Assembly (NCBI GenBank): GCA_030704615.1
Contig: CM060732.1
Coordinates: forward strand, 70,308,001-70,372,000
Origin: Takakia lepidozioides
Taxonomy: Eukaryota > Plantae > Bryophyta
Length of the DNA stretch: 64,000 nucleotides
Reading direction: 5' to 3'
Shown one piece after another: positions 13,306 to 25,603 of this stretch. Within the stretch, counting starts at the first letter, position 1, and every line of letters begins with the position of its first letter. The notes under the pieces were generated by a model. It saw nothing but the letters and a program-made list of their open reading frames with translations, did not search any database and was not told the DNA's origin. The translations under genes were made by a program, and so were the position numbers.

Positions 13306-14443
13306 GCTTCCACCAAGCGACTGATGGTATCTTCCGACAGCTCTGTGGTCGCCCGAGTCATGTTCAATTGCCGGGGCTTCGTGCACTTCTTGGCCATGTG
13401 CCCGGGCTCCCTGCAATTGAAACACACTCCATCAAAGGTCGCCTTCTGTCCGCCATAGGCCGCTCCACCCACTTTTCCTTTTGAAGCACCGGGTGCCGCC
13501 TTGACTTGTGAAGGCCCTCACTTCGTTTTCCACGTGCCATTGTCGCCGCGTGGCCTATCCCACTTCTTTTCCGGTCGGAAGGCGTCACCTTCCCGCCGGG
13601 TCTTCTTGTGGTTCAGCTCCGTACGGCCTTGTCTTTCATCCCTAGGGACATCCGAGAAACATTCAGCCCTCTCAATTGCCTCGTTCAAAGTCTTAGGTGG
13701 CTTCTCCTTCAACTTCCGCCTAGCCCATGGGGCCAGTCCCGCCACAAAGTTGAAGACCATTTCTGGTTCTGCCATGTCCGCGACTTCGAGCAACAGCACA
13801 TTGAAAGCCTGGACATATCCCCGAATGTCATCTGTTTGCTTCAAATTCCTCATCTTGTCCCGGGCAAGCCAGGACGCGTTGAGGGGCACAAACTGCCTTT
13901 TCATCAATTCCTTGAACCCACTCCAATTCAAGGTTTCCGGGCTTGGACCTCGGTCGTGAAGCGTTTCTGCCACCATTGTTGAGCATAGCCTCTTAAATAA
14001 GTGGGAGCCACTTCCACCCGGTCCTCGTCACTCAACTTGGCCGCCCGGAAGTACTGCTCTAGCTCCAGGAGCTAGGTGTTGAGTGCCTTCCGATTTCGGA
14101 CGCCCTCGAAGGTGCCGGGTTCCTTAGGCTTCACCTTAAATTTTGCCTTAGTGGGAGTGGCATTAGCCGCCTTCAACACGTCTTTCAACGTCCCGCCAAA
14201 TTGCGCCAACAACCCTTCCCAAAAGGCTGTCGGCATGGGAGGCATATGTTGGTTGGTCGGAGCTCTCAGGGATTCCTCGGGCTCCGACTCCTCAGATTCC
14301 TCCCGCTCTTGAGCGGCCTCGTTTTCGGAGACATGCATCGCTTCCTCAAACGGCCGCCTCGGTGACACGTCGCCCCCATTGGGCTCACCAGGATCATCAT
14401 CTTTTGGGCCGTTCCGCTTTCGCTTTGGTTTGCCCGACCCCAT
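13306..14443 (-). pseudogene. Gypsy gag with zinc knuckle, interrupted
   Basis: Retrotransposon gag motifs (WSGFKELMKRQF, LKQTDDIRGYVQAF) and CFNCREPGHMAKKC. Confidence 0.88.
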
Positions 14444-14498
14444 GATGAGGCCAATCCCAAGGACGATCACGTACTGAACTCTAAGCTCTGATACCAAG

Positions 14499-15227
14499 TG
14501 TCGCGCACCTCACTTCGGTAAGCTCCCCTTCAAGTCATAGTTGCTAGCTTGATGCGCGCTCCTAACTCCCAACCTGGCCGCCGGACCAACTTGGAGCTTC
14601 GGCTGCTCACCAGGGCATAACGGTCCCCCTTTGATCTCCCAAAGAACCCTCCACTGATTTGGAACCAGCGGGAATTCCATTTGGTAGTTGGCAGTCCGGA
14701 ACAGCTCCCCACTCTTTGGTCGCTTTCCGGCTCGCTCGCTTACTCACTAGTTTTTGGTCACCAACGGGCTTGCACCGTTCTCGGGGTTACTACTCCCCCC
14801 TATATATACTTCTGTAGCTGTCCGCGGGGGTTTCACAACCAGCCATGCTATTTTATGGCGTACCACCACGAAAACCCTCGACTCCCGGTGATGAGTCGCG
14901 GTGAGTCTTGGCCCACTCACCACGGCCCTATGGACCGTGATGAGTCCCAAGACTCCCCACGACTCCCACCACAAGGTCTCCGCCCCCATGGTGAGTCCTA
15001 TGCCACCCCCACTAAGTCCCGCTAAGCTACCACCACCCCTTGTGGAGCCACCCCCACCGCAACCCGGTGTGCGGGGCTCCACCTAGTGAGCGCCTCCGCC
15101 TCCTTGAGTGCCTTGGGCACTCAAGGGTGCTTCAGCCCCCCCATACCTATCGCTGCCGCTGCCCCCACCACGGGGGCAGCCCCTCATGTGTCCCGACCCC
15201 CTGCCCTCAAGGCAAAGGGCCGCGACA
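14499..15227 (-). repeat. 5' LTR of the chromovirus
   Basis: Same termini as the 3' LTR; adjacent to the Met PBS. Confidence 0.95.
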
Positions 15228-17180
15228 CATGATGCTCAGAGAGGTGCACTATGGGCAGTGAGGTGGGAGATGACCAGAGAGGTGCGGGAAACACAATCTA
15301 CAAGTGAGAGGTATGGAGATAGAAGTTTGAACAGTGTGAACTCAGACCTTATATAGAGGTGGAAACCAGGTTGCCCGCTGGAACCCCTCCAATGGGATAG
15401 TGCGATACATTGTCTCGCGGATCGATTTTCGGCGCCGTTGATATCCGATATCGCCACAATCGAACGGTTCTGGCGGGTGCAGGAGTGCACTCCTTGAGCG
15501 ATTTCGGAAATGAGTGTAATTTACTGGTAGAACCCTATGTCACAATTATGATGCCAGAACAATAACGGTGGTTCAATGGTTTCGTACTCGTGCTTATAAA
15601 ACAGTACGTATTTCGCATTCAATGTTGTCCTCGTGGATCAAGGCCTGACGCCGTTGATAAGCATTTCATGAAATCGGGCGGCTATGACACTCGGCAGAGA
15701 ATGCGGCGGGCGTAAATGAATGAGAGAGGAAATATTCCACGCCTTAATCCGCCGAATGTAGACACTGTCAGGAGCAATAATTCCAAGCGGCAAAACGCCA
15801 CAGTAGGATCTGACTTATACGATAAATAATTTATCGTCATGTGTGGGGTGTGGGAAATATCCCGCGAGGTTATAATTGTTGATCCAGTGCAAGGGATCAT
15901 TAAATTCATATTTTCTCGTTCATTCATCTTTTTTTTTCATTTCATCTAATCATTCGTCAAATGGATGGGCAGAATGGAAATGTAAATTGGATGATATTTG
16001 CATGGATGTTGGATGGAACACGCGTGACCGTTTGATTTTGAAAAGACGCGATGGTTCAGATCCTCTGCGACCGCACCATATAAGGGGTGTGCTCGTTCAG
16101 CCCACCCTTTCGGCACTCCATTGTGTACGCGGAAGTGGTAAGAGAGGCGAGTGCTAGAAAAAAGACAGTTTTGTGGAGGGGAGAGCGTGAAGAGCAGAGA
16201 GCGCGCTGTGAGAGGAGAGAGAAGAGAGCGTGCAGTTCAGTGCAGCGTGAGAGTGCACTGGAGGGAAGCGGACAGACAACGGATTCAAGCGCAGATAGGA
16301 GACGGGAGGGAAGCAGAGCGGAGGGGAGAGCAAAGCGGTGGAAGCTTAAGGGTCAGGCGTTTCAGGTCATCAACAGAGGCACCGATATGGCTCAGGCATC
16401 CAGCAGGTAATCTTTTTGTTTACTGTTTCTCTCAGGTTCGATGTGATTCTCTTTGGCTCGCTCTGGTTTGTTTTGTTTTGCAGGTTTGTTGTTGTTATGT
16501 TGTTTCAGTTTGTTCCTGTGCTTGTTGATTTGTTTGTTGATTTGCTTTTGTTTTTGTTTTGCTGTTGTTTTTGTTTTACTGCTTGTTGGTCAACATCGCC
16601 CATGTCGCTGTAGGATTGCTTTTGTTTCCTCACTCGTTTTCGTTCCAGAGGTTATAGAGCACCACTTGTTTCTAGAATGTCACGTTTCGTGAGTGTGATG
16701 TCTTGTCTGATGCGGAGCATCTCATTTGTATTCATTCGTTCCAAAGTTGTTTCAATTAGTTTGAATTGATTAAAGCTGTTTAGGTGTTTCAATTCATTGT
16801 TGCTTCTCTTTTGGTGGTTTGTATGGTGGTATGTAAGGGTGGTTGGGTATGGGTGGTTGGTATGGGTGGTTTGTGGTCCTGGTTTAATGGTGCTGCTGGA
16901 TTATTAGGGTTATGGATTAGGGTTATGGCGGGTTAGGATCATGGTTTTGTGCGATTGGTTTTTCGAATTTCCGATATTTGAAAACGGATTTTTCTTTGGG
17001 CCTAGGCTACTCTAGTAGACTAGTCTCCGTAGACCTCTAGACCTCTAGTAGACCTCCATAAACTCCGGCAGGACAAACCACACGAACCTCGCCTGCCCAG
17101 TGGAGGTTCCTGCGTGTTACTATGTGAAGGCACAATATAAGGATGTATTGAGATAGACTTATGTCGGTGCCTCCCTTGCA

Positions 17181-17801
17181 TTGATTTTTTGTTCTGTCAG
17201 TATAAAAAGAAGGCGCGTAGGAGTGCACACGGTGGCCAAAGATGGTTCTAAGACCGTCGTCGACATCTGTAAGAGGCCAAGGAGACAGAATCCAGTAAAC
17301 ATCAACGAAGCAGAAAACCAAGACGCATTACTAGTTTTGTCGAAAACAAAAACCTTCAAGAATAGATCTGAGAATCAAATTTCAGATGTGGGCTATGACG
17401 TGCGAACTTTCATAAATCCGGGCACTGACGAATCAATGTTCGAGGGAGTTATTCGACGGGAGACAACGGAGGAAACCGAGGAAGAGAAAAATGAAAGTGA
17501 TTACTGCAATCTTCAGTCTGATTCAGATAATCACATTTCTGTAGGAGATAGTGAACAGTCCCCTGGATCCGTCATTCCGTCCTCTCCTGGATACAGTCCT
17601 GACTCTCCGCACTATCCAGTATCTATCCTTGTAATTTCTCCAGAATATGTCGCCGCTGATTCTCCAGAATACGTCCCTGCAAATTCTCCTCGGTACGTTC
17701 TTGAAGATTCTCCAGAATACATCTTTGGAGATTCTCCGACATATACCCCTAGAGAGTACTCCCCTGAAACCCTCAGGATGATTCGAGAGAGCCTACAGTA
17801 G
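17181..17801 (+). CDS. Element-1 accessory ORF, acidic, with SP-Y octapeptide repeats (Pol II CTD-like)
   Basis: 206-aa ORF containing SPGYSPDSPHY...ISPEY-VAADSPEY-VPANSPRY-VLEDSPEY-IFGDSPTY. Confidence 0.4.
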   Translation: MIFCSVSIKRRRVGVHTVAKDGSKTVVDICKRPRRQNPVNINEAENQDALLVLSKTKTFKNRSENQISDVGYDVRTFINPGTDESMFEGVIRRETTEETEEEKNESDYCNLQSDSDNHISVGDSEQSPGSVIPSSPGYSPDSPHYPVSILVISPEYVAADSPEYVPANSPRYVLEDSPEYIFGDSPTYTPREYSPETLRMIRESLQ

Positions 17802-19799
17802 TTATTGTAGATATAAGAAAGTGAAGGGTTGAACCTCAACTTACAAGAATATATCGAGTTCTTGTAGGTATTAGGTATTCGGTATTCGAACAATTTTGAG
17901 ACCGGATGATGTATGGAATGGCGAGACGAGCCTTCTCTGAATAAATATTTTTTTCTTCTTATGAGTGAAATCTTTTTTTCCTCTTGAATTGAATTCTTTT
18001 ATCTGTCAGCTATGAGAGTGTGCAATGGTGAACCTCCATTGGACAGTAGAGGTTAATGTCCTAGGAGTTTTGTATGGTTGTTATGATATGTGTCTGACGA
18101 CCGAGGTGGTTTGTTCTGTCGACAACAACATCACCCCCATGGATTGTATTGTTGGAATGTGCCAACCTATCTGTGGTTCATTTGTTTATCGAAAATCTCC
18201 GAATTTCAAGAATGATCACCTGGCAATTTTTGAGGTCAACCCGGAAATCACAGAATGGGGCATTGTCCCCGTTGGAACACCTCCGGACCATAAGTTCCGG
18301 TTCCACTACAAGATTGGTGCAGAGGTCGCCAAGCTCAAATATGCAGATGTGGTCGACGTAAAGCTGGAGATGGAGGTGGAATTTCCGATGTTGGTCATTT
18401 TCATGATGAAAGATGGTAGATTTCCCATAACGTTTGGCTTCAAACTGAAGGTACGACTTCTAAAGAAGACCATGATGAGAGAGTTCATTTGGGCGGGGTT
18501 TACATATTGCGACGAGGGTACTCAATTTACAGATGAAGGTTTTTGCATGGCTTGGGGTATTTTCTTGGATGTGCTTTACTTAAAGGGTAAGGAGATTGCA
18601 AAGACGCGGGAGGAGGTGCGAGAGCGCGGCCAAGGAAGGGAAAATGAAAATCCACTGACGCCGGTGGTGATGAGAATGAAGCCGGGACATCAGGGGGGAA
18701 GAAGAAACAAAAGGAGGAAATGGATCCCGCTTTCATGACAGATAACAAGAAACCCACGGCTGCAGACATCTTAGACAAAGAGAAGTGTGAGAAGATGCAG
18801 GAGAGGCTGGAGCAAGACTACAAGGACATGTTTCCTTTTAGGTTTGAGGCAACTGTCGTGCGCATACATATCGCTACATAATTACATCGCTGTCCAAAAC
18901 CACACAATATATGTGCACACCAAACACTAATCTATCACTAGTCCACCACTAGTGCACCACTAGGCTGCCACTAGACAACCACTAGTCACCACTAGTGCAG
19001 CCACTAGTCCACCACTAGGTTGCCACTAGCCACCACTAGTGCAGCCACTAGTCCATCACTAGGCTGCCACTAGTCCATCACAATGATAAGGAAAGGAATG
19101 ATACAAGCATACAAGCTCTCTCAAACTCACACACTCGCACATGAAAACATCACTCATATATTAAGTCGAGCCAAGTGCACCCCACGCCATGGGGAATCCA
19201 CACTACGGCGCCATAGCTAGACGCGGTGAGGCTCAATTCGAGAAAGATGAGCCCACCGCGATTTGCCGTGAAGATAACAACACCAGGTGCCCAAATATGT
19301 ATTGGCCCCTGGATTGACACTTGGGTCAATCCCAAATGTCAATATATAAAAGCTAGCTATTTCCTAGCTAACTTCACACCAGTGGTAAAATAACTTGATA
19401 GCTGTCGTGCGCATACATATCGCTACACAACTACATCGCTGTCCAAAACCACACAACATATGTGCACACCAAACACTAGTCTATCACTAGTCCACCACTA
19501 GTGCACCACTAGGCTGCCACTAGCCACCACTAGTGCAACCACTAGTCCATCACAATTGCCCCCCTAGCTGGCGATTAGGTCCCTCTAAGTCCAGATAGCC
19601 ACAAGATGTGATAGTGGCCATAGCCTCATTAGGTCCTCCACCACTATCTCTACTACACTCAAACTCAATAGATCAAGAGGCCGGGTACAAGAGTTGCCCC
19701 ATCGTTAGTCACCGTCTTGCAACTTGTGAACTTGACACTGAGATCTTGGGTATTGACTCCTATGAGCTTGGCCTCCCATGTCTTGTGAGCTGCCACTAG

Positions 19800-21505
19800 T
19801 CATATCCACTGCCAATATCCCAAGCAGTGTGGACATAACCAATCTCCATCAGGAACCCTCTCAAGAGGTGGTGTCAAGCATCCCATGTGCCAACCTCTTG
19901 AGCATCGATCACACACCAGCATAGTGGTGGCACCACGAGCATGCCCACATAGCATGCAACGCAATCCTGCAGGTACCACTGCAAGGTTGGAATTTATCCT
20001 CCCATCCACATGTGGAAGGTGACATGACGCACAATTGCGCACATGATCTTTCCATACCATGCCATCTCGGCCCTCCAGAATCAACACTCCTGAAGGTAAC
20101 ACCTCCCTGACCCTTAGAATCACACGTACTGCTGTGACATCCAAGGTCGTAGGCGTTGTCTGCTACAGATACACATAATCCCCAGGGTGGAAACGCCGAA
20201 CATCTGGCTGATATCCCCCTCCACGTATAGTGGCATACCTCAATGTGTCTCGGTGTTGGGCAATAGCAAGATTCTCAAAAGCCATAGGCATGACTCTCTT
20301 GAACAACTCTGCCCGCTGGGCACATGATTGTGTCCACACATCCGGATCATCAAGGTTGAGGACTACTGCAGCCTCCCTGCGAATAGACGCAGGCAAATCT
20401 AGCTCTCGGCCAAAGAGAAGGAAGTATGGTGAGAAGGAGGCAAGTGATGCTTGCTTGCTAAACCTGTAGCCCATGGCTAGCCAAGGTACCTGAAGATCCC
20501 AATCTCCTAGGTGTCCCTTTTGCAAGCCATACTTGCGCAAACCCCTCTTCACCGTCTGCACCACTCTCTCTGCCAAGCCATCGGCCTCAGGATGATCCCA
20601 AGAAGTGGTACGGTGGTCTATCAAGGCTTTATCACAAACTCCCCCAAGAACTCTCTCCCTTGGTCCGTGAGTACCTCAGCTGGAGCACCGAATCAGCTAA
20701 GCACACGATCCAGGAATGCATACGCAGCCCCCTCACTAGCTTTGTCATGCAATGGAACCAACTCAATCCACTTGGAGAAGTGCTCCACCATCACCAACAC
20801 GTATCTGTGGTGACGCATCGTCAGTGGCAAAGGCCCTGCGAAGTCAAGACTCCACCTATAGCCCAATCCCATGATGGGTAAAGGATGCAACTGTGGTGTA
20901 GGGGCGTTGAATGAAGCACGCACCTTGTCACACACCATGCACCTAGCCACGAACTGTTGCACCTCTGTGTGCATACCACGCCACCAATACTGCCCCTGCA
21001 GTAAACTATGAGTGCGTCGCACTCCAAAATGCCCCAACTCCTCATGGGCATGCCGCACTAACCGTGCACGCTGTGTTGGGTGAGGCACGATCCTCACCCG
21101 ACCATCCTCCCACACTCGAAGCAGGTGTATCCCCTCCCACTTGAATCTCTTGGCTCGTTGTAGGATCCGATCCCTCTTCTTGGCAGTCATGCTAGCTGCC
21201 GTGTCTCCAGTGCGGAGGTAGTCCAACACAACCAAATCCTCATGTATATCTCTGGCACCACCTGACTCATCACTAGCCTCAGGGTCCTCAGACACTCCGT
21301 CTACAGTCATCCCTGTTGTAGGTCCAACCTGACCTCTCGATGCCAAGATACACAAAAAGGTAGATGCATGCCATCCTGGCACCATCTCCTTGTCCGTCTC
21401 ACCATGTCACCGAGCTCCAGTGTCAACCTGCTGGCTTGTGCATGGATTGTGACTCAATCCATCCGCATCCCTATTGACCAAACCCGGTCGATGCACAACC
21501 TGAAC
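19800..21505 (-). pseudogene. RNase H end, integrase and C-terminal PHD finger
   Basis: CMLC...MLVCDRCSRGWHMGCLTPPLERVPDGDWLCPHC is a canonical C4HC3 PHD, located after the integrase. Confidence 0.88.
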
Positions 21506-21877
21506 ATGTCTCTCATGCTCCTCCACCGTAGCACGAGAGGCAAAGCAATTCCTTTAAGCCTCAGGAACCGCCGTATACGTCATCTCTCTCCTCTAGTGAC
21601 AATAGGTCCAATGTCAGGCTCCCAATTGCCCTTCGTAACTGCAACCTTAAGTCCAACAGACTTAGAGGTAGAGGACGCGTCCCGTGGTTGCTATGCCGCA
21701 ACCTCTTGAGCAGTACTCCTTGCCTGCTTAGTCAATGACAAGGCCTCATCCTGCCCCATCATCTCATCCTTGAGAACCTCCTCAACCCGAGAAGAATCCC
21801 CAACATCATCCATCATAGCCGCCTTGGCTGCCAACTCCCTCTGAACCTCGAGCACCTCCCACGTGTGCCATGGATGT

Positions 21878-22700
21878 CTACACCCTGTGGTCCTCACCGG
21901 TGTTGATCCCGCCAAACAAGTCTAGAAGGCAAATGCCTTCATCCGGACACTGCCACATGATTGGTGTGGTGTCCAATGGTGACAACTGAGGTGGACCTGG
22001 TGCAATCCCCGCACTGTCCTCCTCTCCTGACGGTACAAAAGCCTCTACCCAGGCTTGTTGCACACGACAATCAGCAACCCGCTGCAAATCCTTGCTCGAG
22101 CCCCACAATGGAGTGTGAGCAACCATGGCAGGCAACTCCGCCATACCATACATGTCATCCTGCTCTCCCGGAGGTGACACATCCTCTGAATGAATGTTGC
22201 CATCCAACAACTCTCCAGGCCAAGTCACTGCAGCTGTGAATGCTGCCAGTGTTGGCATCTTGCCTCGCTGGGCAACCGCAACTCCTCCTATGAACGTCAC
22301 AGGGAGCTGCACACGCCGGCCCTCCCCTGACTGCCATCCAGGCCTATAGGAAGCTGACTCCTCCCAAAAATCCAGGGTGAAGCCCATGGAGTACAACATC
22401 GCCCCACCAACAAGGACATCGTAAGAGACCACGTCTGTCACAATGGCCTTGGCTCTCATCACTGAGCCATCTATAGGATGATCCGGCTGTAGTCTGATAG
22501 CCAACTCACGCCGTGTCATGCCCCGACCCTGCTCTGATCCTCCCAGAGATGTCTGTATCTGGAAAGGGCACGGCTCTATATCCGCCTCCGTGAGGCCCAA
22601 GCCTGCAATAGCAGCTCTGCCCAGCATCAATGGCTAAGCTCCTGAGTCCAACATGTCCACTCAAACAGAAAATGCCATCCTGGTTGTCTAACATGACAAC
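21878..22700 (-). pseudogene. Aspartic-protease-like region followed by a truncated C5-cytosine methyltransferase motif I
   Basis: Protease-like ...SYDVLVGG, then WQCPDEGICLLDLFGGINTG, then an abrupt junction with other sequence. Confidence 0.55.
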
Positions 22701-25018
22701 TCCAAGTGTCACCATGGCGCGCTCAATGGCTGGCCTAGTTGATAGCTCCATCAACCTGACAGCTGCAGCTTGCCATGGCGCCGCCGTGGCAGTCTTGACC
22801 CTTATATCCGAGGATCCCTCCGGCACTACACCTCCCACTATCTCCACAGAAGATGAAGTAACCTCCCCACTCTCACAGAGTGTCGCTGCCAGCTTGAACA
22901 CCTTAGCTGGTCTTACCCCTGGCGTCGCAATCATGGTAGCCGAGAACAATGGAGCCTGGCACACAGTTGTGGCCGCCCCCAGCAGCACACTAGTGTAGCC
23001 TTGGCAACACTAGGTAGTGGTGTTGCCCATGTAGCTCTCCCCAATAACATAGTAACCTCCGCCTCGGTAACAGTCGGGCGGGAACTAGGTGCCATGGACG
23101 GCGTCGATACTGTCTCCGCCAATGTGAATGACTGAGGAAGCCTGGCCTGACGGCTTGCCTCCCCAGAGCGCGTGAGCGCAATTGCGCTCACGCCACGTCA
23201 CCTTGCGCCAATGCCACGTCATGGGGCTCACTCCATGTCATCACACGTGAAGGCCGCGTCACCACGCGCCCAGAAAGAAGTGGAGTGTATTCCCGCGGAT
23301 TGGCACCCTTTACCGCGGAAACAAGCTGGACGACATAATAAAATGCATTGAATAAAGGATGGATGAATGTACAGTTGGATGATAAATAGATGGATGAGTG
23401 TGAAAAATGAATGTAGATGGATGAATGAGGAATGGATAAGAGTAAAATGGATGAATGTATAATGGATGTTGAGCACCCCGTGGCTCAGGAACTCGTACTG
23501 CTCCTCGAGTCACTGCCGCAGCTGACTCCACTTGCACTAGTGGTAGTCCTGCCCTGCACATAGTGGTAGTGGTGCCCCACCCACAGTGGTAGTGGTAGTG
23601 GCACCCCTCACCAGTGGTAGTGGTGCCCCACCCATAGTGGTAGTGGTAGTGGCACCCCTTACTAGTGGTAGTGCTGCCCCGCACATGAATCCCATGCCTC
23701 CTAAGTATCCTCCCTTAGGAGCAGGAGGTGGACCATCCAGCCTTAGAGCCGGTACCACCTGAGCTGTGGCCATGGCAGCGAGCCTCTGCTCTAGCTGCTG
23801 AAGCCGGTTGGCCATGCCTTGGTCACCACCCTGACCTCCACGTCCTTGGCCATGTTGAGCCTGCCCTTGGCCTGCACCTCGTCCTCTCTGGGCTATTCCA
23901 CCTCGCCCCCGGCCACCATTGTTCCCTTGGAACTGGCCTAGGCGCAACTCAGGGTGCAAACCATAGCACTGGGCCATACAAGCTCTCTCAAACTCACACA
24001 CTCGCACATGAAAACATCACTCATATATTAAGTCGAGCCAAGTGCACCCCACGCCATGGGGAATCCACACTACGGCGCCATAGCTAGACGCGGTGAGGCT
24101 CAACTCGAGAAAGATGAGCCCACCGCGATCTGCCGTGAAGATAACAACGCCAGGTGCCCAAACATGTATTGGCCCTTGGATTGACACTTGGGTCAATCCC
24201 AAATGTCAATATATAAAAGCTAGCTAACTTCACACCAGCGGTAAAATAACTTGACACGACCCAGGACGTCAAAGTTATCATGATGGAGCTTGCTCCCAGG
24301 GATATGATGTACAGACCCCTAAATGTTAAGCACAAAGACGAAGTCAAAGCACGTCTTTACCAGCTCCGGGTATTCGACTCCAAACATCTAGTTTATTTGA
24401 TTCCCGCAAACCCCGAGAAGCCTATGGAGGTTTCTAGTTCGAAACCTCGAAACTGGACGGAGGTGGAAAAGTCCAGATTTCTTCGTCATCGATGGACAAC
24501 ACACGATCATTGCTGCCCAGGTAAATTTCTCCACAAAATCCAATTTTGTAACAACATGAACTTCCACTGGACAGTGGAGGTTCATGAACTTTAAACAGCA
24601 TGCTTGTTAGGTCGATATCATTTCTAACCTTATTCAATTCTGTCGCAGGAACTTGTGTAAGATGTGGACGACGATAATCTTAAGAAGTACTACTCTGACT
24701 GGCCCTCAAAGATTATATGGTCAAAGGATCTGATGAGGCTCGTGAAGCTATCTAAGCTCTTAAACGACCCGAACAAGGCGCATAAATTTGACACAACATT
24801 CCCCGAGAAAGTTGCACATGCCCGGAATTTCTTCGATGAGGAGGAGGCCGAAAAAGTACGACGATCACACAACGAAGTCGGAGACAAGACAATGGAAGGT
24901 AAATGATTCATTGTATTTTTTGTTCTTTTTGCTCGAAAACCAAAATATTTTCAAGCTCGGATTTAATGTGACGAACGGAAAGTTCTACCATTCAAATATT
25001 CGATTTGCTCAAGTCTTA

Positions 25019-25603
25019 TGTAATGTCTGTTGTTTCGTAATGAGGTGCTTCTCCACCTATTATTTTTCCAATGTTTATGTTCTCCACCTGGAACAGTTTC
25101 GCGAATGTGCTGATAAAATCCAAGAAATGGTCATTTCGTATCTCAAGGATTTCCTCGGAACATTTTTGAAACTGTTCCTTCTGGAGACCATGAACATTGG
25201 AAAAAGTAGACATGGAGGAGCGCCGCATTACAAAGCAGGAGACACTACAAAAAAAAGCTTAAAAATGGAAGGTGCTTCAATCAATAATCGGAATTCTGAA
25301 ATTCGACATTTTGAGGTCTTCTGTAATGTCTCTTGTTTCGTAATGAGGTGCTTCTCCACCTCTTGTTTTTCCAATCAGTTTATGTTCTCCACTTGGAACA
25401 ATTTCGCAAATGTGCCGATAAAATACTTGAAAAACCATATGATCATGAAAACTTGATGTTGCGGTTGATGCTTGTAAAAGATTTCATGGTATTCTGGTAT
25501 TTCACGGATTTTGTAGGCACATTTGTGGAACTGTTCCTAGTGGAGACAGATTGGATAAATTTGACTTGGAGGAGCACCGCATTACGAAGCAGGAGACACT
25601 ACA
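25019..25603. repeat. Two tandem imperfect fold-back (MITE-like) units in an intron
   Basis: Units 25019-25249 and 25322-25603. Each starts TGTAATGTCT..TGTTTCGTAATGAGGTGCTTCTCC and ends in an approximate reverse complement, GGAGGAGC.CCGCATTAC.AAGCAGGAGACACTACA. Confidence 0.75.

Larger units (their letters stand above)
7591..15227 (-). mobile_element. Ty3/Gypsy chromovirus LTR retrotransposon, full length but frameshifted
   Basis: LTRs at 7591-8292 and 14499-15227 (TG...CA) with 5-bp TSD CATGA. tRNA-iMet PBS (TGGTATCAGAGC) at 14485-14496; PPT next to 8293. Domain order gag-PR-RT-RH-IN-chromodomain. Confidence 0.95.
18854..24256 (-). mobile_element. Deleted Gypsy-type retrotransposon with PHD finger and DNMT remnant; permuted LTR blocks
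   Basis: Termini TGTC...GACA with 4-bp TSD CAAC/CGAC. Repeat block A at 18854-19082 and 19403-19554; block B at 19108-19400 and 23975-24256. Integrase (HEELGHFG...CMVC, LDFAGPLP, DGLAERVV) and RNase H end (HRPGLVNRDADGLS) present; RT missing. Confidence 0.85.

Noticed and set aside
18735-18738. ATGA stop/start overlap suggesting prokaryote-like translational coupling
   Set aside because: The downstream frame continues upstream as a natural linker (DAGGDENEAGTSGGKKKQKEE), so a frameshift in one decayed gene is simpler.
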